Positions 36,901 to 44,832 of a stretch of DNA of 64,000 bases are shown one piece after another. A program made the position numbers and the translations under genes. Each line of letters starts with the position of its first letter. Within the stretch, counting starts at the first letter, position 1. The notes under the pieces were generated by a model. It was not told the DNA's origin. It saw only the letters and a program-made list of their open reading frames with translations, and did not search any database. Origin of the DNA: Planctomycetota bacterium (GTDB taxonomy: Bacteria > Planctomycetota > UBA1135 > UBA2386); the NCBI GenBank assembly GCA_046290465.1, contig JBKAGP010000001.1, positions 1,785,484-1,849,483 of the forward strand. The letters are read 5' to 3'.

Positions 36901-38226
36901 CTCCTGCGGCGTGTAGCCCCACGGCTCGTAGTAGGACGGGTAGACCCCGAGGTCCATCGCCGCGAGCACCGCCTCGTACTCGCGGTGCAGGAAGCCGTCG
37001 TCGGGTCGCAGGTAGATCGGCACCTGCACGACCTTGATGCGGCTGCCGGGCTCGTTGTCGAGGCCGACGCGCGCAGCGTGCTGGTGCAGCGGGTCTCGGT
37101 CCTCGTCGAACAGGTTGTGCGTGCACAGCCCGAGCGGGCCGTCGATCGGCGCGGTGCCGTCGAGGCGGTCCATCAGTTCGCCGCGCACGCCCGAGTTGCC
37201 GGCCGGCACCAGCACGAACGCGACCACCCTGCGACCCTTGCGTTCGCGAATCTCGGCGAGCGCGTCGAGCATCAGCTCGATGCCCTTGTTGTGGAACTCG
37301 TAGCGGCCGGCGAGCGCGAAGAACGACGCGTCGTCGACGTCCTCGCCGAGCAGCGCGCCGGCGATCCGGCTCAGCTCGCGCCGGGTCTCGTCGCGGTCGC
37401 CCCTGGCCAGCTCGTCGACGACCGACATGTCGATGCCGTTGGGCAACAGCGGCGCGACCTCGCGGTCGTGCAGCAGTTCGGCCTCGGCTGCGGTGATCGC
37501 ACTGACCGTCGTGAACACGTCGGCCTTGCGCGCGCAGACGCCCTCGATCGAGTGCTTGGCCTGCACGTGGTGGTCCTCGGCCAGCTCGTCCGGCGTCTTG
37601 CCACCGAGCCCCTTGTCGCGCGCCTTCGGGTCCGGCGTGATGCCGAGCGACGCCAGCGCGCGGCCGAGCATGGTCGCGTGGGTCGTGAACACCGTGCCGA
37701 TGCTCGGGATGCGCTCCTGCAGGTAGAGCAGCGCCGCGCCGGTCATCCACTCGTGGGCCTGCACGACCGCCCGGCGATGGAACGGCGCCAGGTACTCCTC
37801 CCACCAGCGCTCGATCACCTTGGCGGCGGCGGTCGAGAACAGCACCGGTTCGATGTAGTCCCAGTCGCCGGCGATCGAGTCGACCTGATGGCGTTCCCAG
37901 AGGCCGGCGAGGATGCCGTCCTTCTGCTCGTAGAGCCCGGAGAACCCGACCAGGATGCAGCGCGGCCGACCCGGGATGCGCCAGCGACCGACGCGCACCG
38001 GCACGCCCATGTCCCGGCACGAACGGATGAACTCGTCGTGCCCCGGCTCGTCGTCGAACGGCGGCTGCACGCCGGTGCCGCCGTGCAGCTGCGGCCCGAT
38101 GGTGATGTAGTCGTCGCCGAATCGTTCGACGGCGGTCACGGCCTTCGACGACAGCACCGTGTGGATGCCGCCGACCTTGTTGCACACTTCCCAGCTGATC
38201 TCGAACAGTTGGTAGGAGTCGGTCAT
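33997..38226 (-). CDS. Fusion protein: eukaryote-type glycogen synthase (GT3) + alpha-glucan phosphorylase (GT35), 1409 aa
   Basis: The ATG at 38226 gives [24 protein letters not shown] (GT3 N-terminal signature), with [10 protein letters not shown] later. The second half has [50 protein letters not shown] and the PLP-lysine motif [14 protein letters not shown]. It is a single uninterrupted frame. Confidence 0.9.
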   Translation of the reverse strand: [1409 protein letters not shown]

Positions 38227-38228
38227 GT

Positions 38229-39455
38229 TCAGGTCTTGCGTTTGGCGGCGCGGCTCCGGCGCGGCGAGAGCGCCTTCTTGACGTGTGCCTGCAGGTCGTC
38301 CAGCGCCGTCATCGTGGTGACGAACGCGGCGTGCGGCGAGTCGTAGGGGCTGAAGTAGTCGTGCACCTCGGCGTCGCTGTGGTGCTTGGTCGCGATGTAG
38401 TAGACGTGGTCGGACGTGGTCAGCTCGCGCCAGTGGTCGAGCAGCTCGGGCTTCTTCTCGGCCGCGCGCAGCACGTCGGCGCGCATCGCGTAGAGCCGGT
38501 CGTGCACCGCCTGCTGCATCGGGTTGCCGAGCCAGGCCGACAGGTTGCGTTCTTCGTCGGCCCACGACACCGGCGTGTGGATGTCGAGTTCCTGCACGGC
38601 TTCGCGCTCCGAGCAGACCTGCGCCGGCGTGCGGAACCGGAAGCTCTTGTCCTCGAGGACCAGCTCGGGCAGGTGACGCATGAACTCCAGGATCCCGGTC
38701 TGTTCGCTCTGGTGTTCGCCGAAGGTCTCGTAGTCCATGAACAGCCCGACGAACTGCGCCGGCGGCGGCACGTCGTGGAGCCATTCGGCGTAGGTATCGG
38801 CAAACAGCGGGTAGGAGGGCCACTTCCGATTCGAGAATCGGAACGCGATGTCGTCGGACAGCGAGTAGCTGCGCAGCAGCAGCTTCAGCCGTTCGCAGCC
38901 GCGCGGCCGGTACGGCACCTGCGGGCTGCGCCACTCGAGCAGGCGGTCGGCCCCCTCGCCGAGCATGCAGTCGAAGCCGAGGTCCTCGACCTGCTTGCAG
39001 ATCGTGTTGTCCATGATCAGCTCGGTGTTGCGGAACGTCGTCGGCTTGCCGAACAGCTCCGTCACCGTCGCACGCTGGATCGCGACCTGCGCCGCGAACT
39101 CCTCAAGATCCCCGACCGACGCCAGGCCGTGCTGGCTGGTCTCGCACAGGAACTCGACGCTGCCGGTCTCGGCCAGCGCGACGAACGAGTCGAGCGCCTC
39201 GGGCACCCAGTCCCGCAGCTGGCGGATGACCGTGCCCGACAGCGAGAACGCGCAGCGGAACTGGCCGTCGGTGCGTTCGATCGCGTCGAGCAGCACCCGG
39301 TTCATCGGCAGGTAGCAGCGCTCGGCGACGCGCTCGGCGACCAGCTTGTTGAGCGGGGTGTCCCAGTAGTCGAGCCGCCGGATCTTGTCCTGCGGCCGCA
39401 GCTTGTTCAGCCGGTAGGGCTGGTGGACCTGGAAGTAGAAGACGATGTCGATCAC
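38229..39455 (-). CDS. Glycoside hydrolase family 57 (alpha-amylase/branching-enzyme-like)
   Basis: The GTG start at 39455 overlaps the upstream TGA (GTGA). The N-terminus IDIVFYFQVHQPYR, plus FMDYETFGEH and TPVSWADEERNLSAWLGNPMQ, are GH57 hallmarks. The gene ends 2 nt before the fusion-gene ATG. Confidence 0.9.
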   Translation of the reverse strand: MIDIVFYFQVHQPYRLNKLRPQDKIRRLDYWDTPLNKLVAERVAERCYLPMNRVLLDAIERTDGQFRCAFSLSGTVIRQLRDWVPEALDSFVALAETGSVEFLCETSQHGLASVGDLEEFAAQVAIQRATVTELFGKPTTFRNTELIMDNTICKQVEDLGFDCMLGEGADRLLEWRSPQVPYRPRGCERLKLLLRSYSLSDDIAFRFSNRKWPSYPLFADTYAEWLHDVPPPAQFVGLFMDYETFGEHQSEQTGILEFMRHLPELVLEDKSFRFRTPAQVCSEREAVQELDIHTPVSWADEERNLSAWLGNPMQQAVHDRLYAMRADVLRAAEKKPELLDHWRELTTSDHVYYIATKHHSDAEVHDYFSPYDSPHAAFVTTMTALDDLQAHVKKALSPRRSRAAKRKT

Positions 39456-41482
39456 GACAGCTCCGTCGATCGGCCGGCCAGCACCGCGCGGCACAGCTCG
39501 TGCGCGCGCAACAGCTCGCCGGTGTTCCAGGCCTGGGCGAACGTGCCGCCAGGCCGATGAGGTGGGTCGCCGTCGAAGACCTCGCTGACGTGGTCGATGC
39601 CGGCACGGTCGAGCTCGCGCGCGAGCAGCTGCTCGAGCCACTGCAGCAGCTCGGTCGCGACCTTCTTGCGGCTGCGCCTCGCCGCGCCGCGCAGGCACGC
39701 CTCGACGTAGAAGCCGGCCGGCCACGGCCAGACGGTGCCCTGGTGGTAGGCGCGGTCGCGCCCCTCGAGGCCGCCGCCGTAGACGCCGACGTAGCTCGGC
39801 TCGTCCGGCGCCAACGTGCGCAGGCCGCACGGCGTCAGCAGCAGCTCGTTGGCCTTGTCGACGACGCCCTGGCGCTGCACGTTGCGCAGCGGCGAGCGCG
39901 ACAGCGCCGCGGCGACCAGCATGTTGGGCCGCACGGCGCGGTCCGGCACGCCGTCGTGCACGCGATCGGCGAGGTAGCGGCCGTCCTTCAGCCAGAACGC
40001 CGCCACGAACGCCTTGCCGCAGCGATCGCGCTGCGCCGCGAACGAACCGTCGGCGTCGTCGACCTCGGCCAGGAACGCGAGCAGCGCGTACCAGAGCGCC
40101 TGGATCTCGACCGGCAGCCCCTGCCGCGGGGTCACCGGCCCCTGCGAGGTCTGCGCGTCCATCCAGGTGGCGTTGAGGTGCTCGCCGCCGGCGCGCAGCA
40201 GGTCGTCGTCGCCGACGACCAGGCCGAGGTGCGTGCCGCGCCGGTAGGCCTCGGCGATGCTGCGCAGCGCCGGCACCAGCCGTTGTTGCAGCAGCCGTTG
40301 GTCACCGCCCGCATCGCGGTAGCGCATCACCGCCAACGCGTACCAGAGCGCCGCGTCACAGCTGCCGTAGTCGCTGTCGGTGACGTCCTCGCCGTAGATG
40401 TTCGGCAGCAGTCCCTCGTGCAGGAACGGCAGACAGCCGGTCAGCACCTGCTCGCAGAGGTCGACGCGCCCGCGCGCCAGGGTCAGCCCCGGCAGCGCCA
40501 AGAACACGTCGCGCCCCCACTCGCCGAACCACGGAAAGCCGGCCAGCACGCCGAGACGGCCACCGACGCCGTGGTAGAGGAAGTCGTCGGCACCGAGCTC
40601 GAGCCGCGCCGCGAGCGGGTGCTCGTCCTCGGCGACCGTCTGCGCCATCGCCTCGGCGCGCTGCAGCTCGATCGCGAACGCGTCGCTGGCGGCGGCGCAC
40701 GGCTCGCCGAGCGCGAACGCCGCCACCGCCTCGCCACCCGCCGCCAGGTCGAGCTCGAGCACGCCCGGGTTCCAGCGGTCGCCGACGTGGTCGTAGCCGC
40801 GCAGGCCGTCCATCGCGTACAGGAAGCCACGGTACCAGTGCGGCTGTGCGCCAAAGCCGGCGACGCCGTCGACCGTCAGCCACAGGTGCGGCAGGGAGTC
40901 GTTCGGACGGAAGCCCCAGCTGGCCCCGCGCGCGTGCACGGTCGCGTCGAACGACTCGTCGATCGGCGGCAGGTGGTCGACGTCGCACCAGCCGAGCAGC
41001 GGCCGGACCTCGACGCGCACCGGCAGCTCCGACAGGTTGCGCCAGCGCACCAGCAGCAGCGGCGGCCGATCGCCGTCCTGGCGCCGCAGCGCGACCGAAC
41101 GTTCGAACACCCCCAGCTCGGTGCGGAACGTCCACGTCGGCAGCGGCCACCGCGCGAACGTGACGTCGGCCTCGGGCGGCGTCGGCACCGGCTGGTCGCG
41201 CCAGTGCGCGTGCATCACGTGCGCCATGCGCGGTGCGCCGTCGTCGCCGACGCGGCGCGGCGGCCCGATCCGTTCGTCCAGATCGGCGACCACCATGTGG
41301 CGGCGCGCCGAGCCCTCGGGACGCACCACCCACAGACCGTGGTAGCGCCGCGTCGCCAGCGCCGCCGCCGTGCCGCAGGCGTAGCCGCCGCGTCCATCGG
41401 TGAGCAGCCATTCGGCGTCGCCGGGCAGGCTGGTGGATCGGGGCGAGGACTCCGACGGCGCGGAGGGGCGGGCTGCTGGCAT
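39452..41482 (-). CDS. Glycogen debranching enzyme (amylo-alpha-1,6-glucosidase, GDE_C family)
   Basis: Motifs WLLTDGRGGYA, RRYHGLW, GFPWFGEWGRDVFLALPGL and AYHQGTVWPW are present, typical of archaeal/bacterial GDE. Confidence 0.9.
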   Translation of the reverse strand: MPAARPSAPSESSPRSTSLPGDAEWLLTDGRGGYACGTAAALATRRYHGLWVVRPEGSARRHMVVADLDERIGPPRRVGDDGAPRMAHVMHAHWRDQPVPTPPEADVTFARWPLPTWTFRTELGVFERSVALRRQDGDRPPLLLVRWRNLSELPVRVEVRPLLGWCDVDHLPPIDESFDATVHARGASWGFRPNDSLPHLWLTVDGVAGFGAQPHWYRGFLYAMDGLRGYDHVGDRWNPGVLELDLAAGGEAVAAFALGEPCAAASDAFAIELQRAEAMAQTVAEDEHPLAARLELGADDFLYHGVGGRLGVLAGFPWFGEWGRDVFLALPGLTLARGRVDLCEQVLTGCLPFLHEGLLPNIYGEDVTDSDYGSCDAALWYALAVMRYRDAGGDQRLLQQRLVPALRSIAEAYRRGTHLGLVVGDDDLLRAGGEHLNATWMDAQTSQGPVTPRQGLPVEIQALWYALLAFLAEVDDADGSFAAQRDRCGKAFVAAFWLKDGRYLADRVHDGVPDRAVRPNMLVAAALSRSPLRNVQRQGVVDKANELLLTPCGLRTLAPDEPSYVGVYGGGLEGRDRAYHQGTVWPWPAGFYVEACLRGAARRSRKKVATELLQWLEQLLARELDRAGIDHVSEVFDGDPPHRPGGTFAQAWNTGELLRAHELCRAVLAGRSTELS

Positions 41483-41589
41483 GGCTCGGGGGGCTGCGGG
41501 GGGTTCGAGCCTACGTCGCCAAGGTCCCGTATCAACGCATCATTCACGACAAGGAATCGCGATCGAGGCTGTCCATCCAACGCCCACGC

Positions 41590-42873
41590 ATGCATTCTTT
41601 GGTCCGTCCGCTCGGCCGCACCCCGCGATCACGCATGGTCCCGCTCGACCTCCGCAACACCCTCGTCTTCATCCTGGCGGGCGGCGCAGGCAGCCGCCTG
41701 ATGCCGCTCACGACGCACCGCGCGAAGCCGGCCGTGCCGTTCGGCGGCAGCTACCGGATCATCGACTTCACGCTCAGCAACTGCATCCACTCGGGCCTGC
41801 GCCGCATCCACCTGCTGACGCAGTACCAGGCGCGCTCGCTCGAGGAGCACGTGCGCTTCGGCTGGAACTTCCTGCCGCGCCGCCTCGAGCAGTGGATCAG
41901 CTGCAGCCCACCGCACCACGTCTCGGTCGGCAAGTGGTACCGCGGCACGTCGGACGCGATCTACCACAACCTCGACACGATCTACGACTGGAAGCCGACC
42001 AACGTGATCATCCTGTCGGGCGATCACATCTACCAGATGGATTACCGCGACATGCTCCGCGAACACGTCGAGCACGAAGCGGCGCTGACCATCGGCGCGG
42101 TCAAGATCCCGGTCGAGGAGGCCCCGAGCTTCGGCATCCTGCAGGTCGACGACGAGGGCCGCATCATCGGCTTCGTCGAGAAGCCGAAGGAGAACGCGCC
42201 GGAGATCCCTGGCGAGCCCGGCTACTGCCTCGCGTCGATGGGCATCTACGTGTTCGAGACCGAGGAGCTGGTCCGCCGGCTGCAGGAGGACGGCAAGATG
42301 CCGGAGGGCGAGGGCGGTGACTTCGGCCACCACGTGATCCCGCGCATGCTCGGCGAGGTCCCGATCTACGCGCACGCGTTCCAGGGCCTCGGCGGCGAGG
42401 ATCCGCCCTACTGGCGCGACGTCGGCACGATCGAAGCCTACTTCGACGCGCACATGGACCTGATCAGCGTCAAGCCGCAGCTCAACCTCTACCGCAAGGA
42501 CTGGCCGACCTACACGCTGTGGCACAACGACCCGCCGGCCAAGACCGTCTTCAACGAGGACGGCGACGGCCGCCGCGCGGAGGTCGCCGACTCGCTGCTG
42601 GCACCGGGCGTCGTGGTCAGCGGCGGCAAGGTGCGCCGTTCGATCCTCAGCAACCTCGTCTACGTCGACGAGCACAGCGAGCTCGACGAGTGCATCGTGA
42701 TGCGCGGCGCCACCATCGGCCGCAACTGCAAGCTGCGCCGCTGCATCATCGACAAGTGGAACGAGCTGCCCGAGGGCACGGTGATCGGCTACGACCGCGA
42801 ACAGGACGAGAAGCGGTTCACGGTGTCGCAGACCGGCATCGTGGTGGTCGCGCAGAACCACCGCTGGGACTAG
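41590..42873 (+). CDS. glgC: Glucose-1-phosphate adenylyltransferase
   Basis: The sequence contains FILAGGAGSRLMPLTTHRAKPAVPFGGSYRIIDFTLSNCIHSGLRRIHLLTQYQARSL and a left-handed beta-helix C-terminus. An alternative ATG lies at 41635. Confidence 0.95.
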   Translation: MHSLVRPLGRTPRSRMVPLDLRNTLVFILAGGAGSRLMPLTTHRAKPAVPFGGSYRIIDFTLSNCIHSGLRRIHLLTQYQARSLEEHVRFGWNFLPRRLEQWISCSPPHHVSVGKWYRGTSDAIYHNLDTIYDWKPTNVIILSGDHIYQMDYRDMLREHVEHEAALTIGAVKIPVEEAPSFGILQVDDEGRIIGFVEKPKENAPEIPGEPGYCLASMGIYVFETEELVRRLQEDGKMPEGEGGDFGHHVIPRMLGEVPIYAHAFQGLGGEDPPYWRDVGTIEAYFDAHMDLISVKPQLNLYRKDWPTYTLWHNDPPAKTVFNEDGDGRRAEVADSLLAPGVVVSGGKVRRSILSNLVYVDEHSELDECIVMRGATIGRNCKLRRCIIDKWNELPEGTVIGYDREQDEKRFTVSQTGIVVVAQNHRWD

Positions 42874-42902
42874 GAGCGCGTCCATGTAATGGACGCGCTC
42901 CT
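42871..42902. repeat. REP-like element, hairpin-only copy C
   Basis: The sequence is taGGAGCGCGTCCATgtaATGGACGCGCTCCt, a perfect 13-bp stem (42873..42885 / 42889..42901) with a 3-nt loop. TAG at 42871..42873 is the glgC stop. Confidence 0.9.
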
Positions 42903-43809
42903 GGCGGCCGCGCAGGGCCACCGAGGCGGCCTCGCGCAGGTCCTCGGGCACCTGCTCGAGCATGGCCGCCATCGGCACCTCCCACAGGGTCCAGATCGTC
43001 GTGACCCGCGTGTCGGGACGGTGGCCGTCCAGCGGGAACGGACGGCGGAACCAGTCGGCGCGCTGCACCGGCGCGATCCGGTCGATGCCGCGATCGGCTG
43101 CCGCCGACGCGACCCGGAAGCCGACGGCCGGAGCGAGCCGGGCGAGCAGCCGTTCGCGCACGTCCGAACGCGTCGCGGCGAGCGCGGCCCGGCTGGTCGC
43201 CGCCGGCATTTCGCCGAACGTGCGCAGGGCCAACCGCACGTAGCCTTGCCTGGCCGGCGGCGCCGCATACCACGCGGGCGGCGCGTCGAGGCGCTGCCAC
43301 CGCACGACGTCGCGCAACAGGATCCACTCGACCCGGCCCTGCAGCTGCGGGTCGAGCTCGGCCAGCGCCGCTCGGATCGGCAGTTGCCAGCGCAGGTAGG
43401 CCGCGCCGACGGTCTGGCCGGGACCGCGCGCACCGGGGATGCGGCGGGTCGGCTCGGCCGCCGCCTCGACCAGCTGCACGTGGCGCACCAGCACCTCGAC
43501 GACCGCAGACGCTCGCTCGTCCCCGAGCACCGGCGTGACGTGTTCGGTGAGCACGCGGCGCACGTCCCGTTCGCCGAGCATGCCCGCGCGGGTCTGCGCC
43601 AGCTCCCGGTTCGAGCCGCGGCGCACCGTCGCGAACGCGAACATGCCCGCCTTGCGCGCGGGTTTCGCCACCCAGCCGGGCTGCTCGTCGCAGCTCCGCC
43701 ACTGCAACGGCCGGCCACCGACGTCAGCGGCCGCGATCGGCTCCTGTTCGGACTGGGCCAGCGCGGGCAGCGCGAGCGCGAGGACGAGCGACGGCGAGAG
43801 CAACTTCAT
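42871..43809 (-). CDS. Secreted paralog 1 (two PxW[VY] modules); no in-frame stop at its expected end, so it is a possible pseudogene or readthrough
   Basis: The ATG at 43809 gives MKLLSPSLVLALALPALAQ (signal). It is collinear with the paralog at 43853..44764 down to ...SVALRGRQ (about 42903). After that the frame runs through the hairpin and antisense to glgC, with the first stop at 41629. The lower coordinate is nominal. Confidence 0.55.
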
Positions 43810-43852
43810 GGCGGTGCGGCAACGAGGCGGGCGGGCGCCGGTTCCCTTCGTT

Positions 43853-44764
43853 CTACCGTCCGTGCTGTTCGAGCACCGCACGCACGGCGGGCCGTTCGAT
43901 CCTCGGCGCCGCCTGCGCGACCTTCTCGATCGAGATCTCCCAGATCGACCAGCCGACCACGCGCGCACCGAACGGCGCATCGGGGCCAACCTCCTTGGAG
44001 AAGGCGCGCCGCACCGGCACGATGCCGTCGAGGCCGGCGCGGATCGCCGCGTCGGCGCGCTCCTTGCCGAGCATCGGCGCCAGCAGCTCGTAGACCGCTT
44101 CGTGCATGGTCGCGCGCACGAACGCCCCGGACTTGCTCTGCATGCCCCGGGTGCGGGCGCCGTGCACGACCAACCCCAGCCGGAAGTAGCCCGGCCGCGT
44201 CGGCACGTCGTCGACCCAGCCCGGCCGCTCCTCGACGTACTGCCAGCGCGCGAACGGCCGCAGCAGCAGCCACTCGACCTGGCTGCGCAGCGCGGCCTGC
44301 GGGCCTTCGGAGGCCTCCCGCTCGGCCAGCACGGTCTGCAGTGGGACGGCCCACGCCAGCGCCGCGACCCAGACGCCGTCGACGTCCGGGCTCGGATAGG
44401 TGACGAGCTCGACCAGCTTGCTGCGCTCGCGCAGATCGAGCGCGAGCTTCGTCGCGCGCTGGTCACCGAGCGCGGGCTGCAGGTGTTGATGGAGCAGGTT
44501 CTGGATCTCGACCGCGGCCCGGCCGCGGCCGCGGGACGCGGCGCTCTCGCTGCTCTTGGCGGTCTCGAGGGTGACGTAGACGAAGTGTGCGCGGCGCTGC
44601 TCCGGCCGCTCGACCCATGCAGGCTTGCGGTCCAGCTCGGTCCACTCGAGCGCCCAGGCCGTCTCGACGTCCTCGAACGCCACCGGCCGCGGGATCCAGC
44701 GCTGGGCCGCAACGGACAGGCAGGGACCGAGGCACACCAGCGCGGTCACGAGAGCCCTCTTCAT
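43853..44764 (-). CDS. Secreted paralog 2 (two PxW[VY] modules), function unknown
   Basis: The ATG at 44764 gives MKRALVTALVCLGPCLSVAAQ (signal). The 303-aa protein has an internal duplication and clear similarity to paralog 1. Confidence 0.7.
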   Translation of the reverse strand: MKRALVTALVCLGPCLSVAAQRWIPRPVAFEDVETAWALEWTELDRKPAWVERPEQRRAHFVYVTLETAKSSESAASRGRGRAAVEIQNLLHQHLQPALGDQRATKLALDLRERSKLVELVTYPSPDVDGVWVAALAWAVPLQTVLAEREASEGPQAALRSQVEWLLLRPFARWQYVEERPGWVDDVPTRPGYFRLGLVVHGARTRGMQSKSGAFVRATMHEAVYELLAPMLGKERADAAIRAGLDGIVPVRRAFSKEVGPDAPFGARVVGWSIWEISIEKVAQAAPRIERPAVRAVLEQHGR

Positions 44765-44832
44765 GGCGCCATTCTACGCAAGGCCGCCGGCAAGCCTCCC
44801 GGTTGGCGCGCCGACTTCGCAGAACGGGCCGC

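Noticed and set aside
41629-44712. The 1027-aa ORF treated as one gene spanning both secreted paralogs and antisense glgC.
   Set aside because: Only 42903..43809 of this frame looks like a real protein (paralog 1). The part above 43809 is a shadow over paralog 2, which is in another frame, and the part below 42871 is antisense to glgC. The missing stop is reported as a finding, not as a 1027-aa protein.
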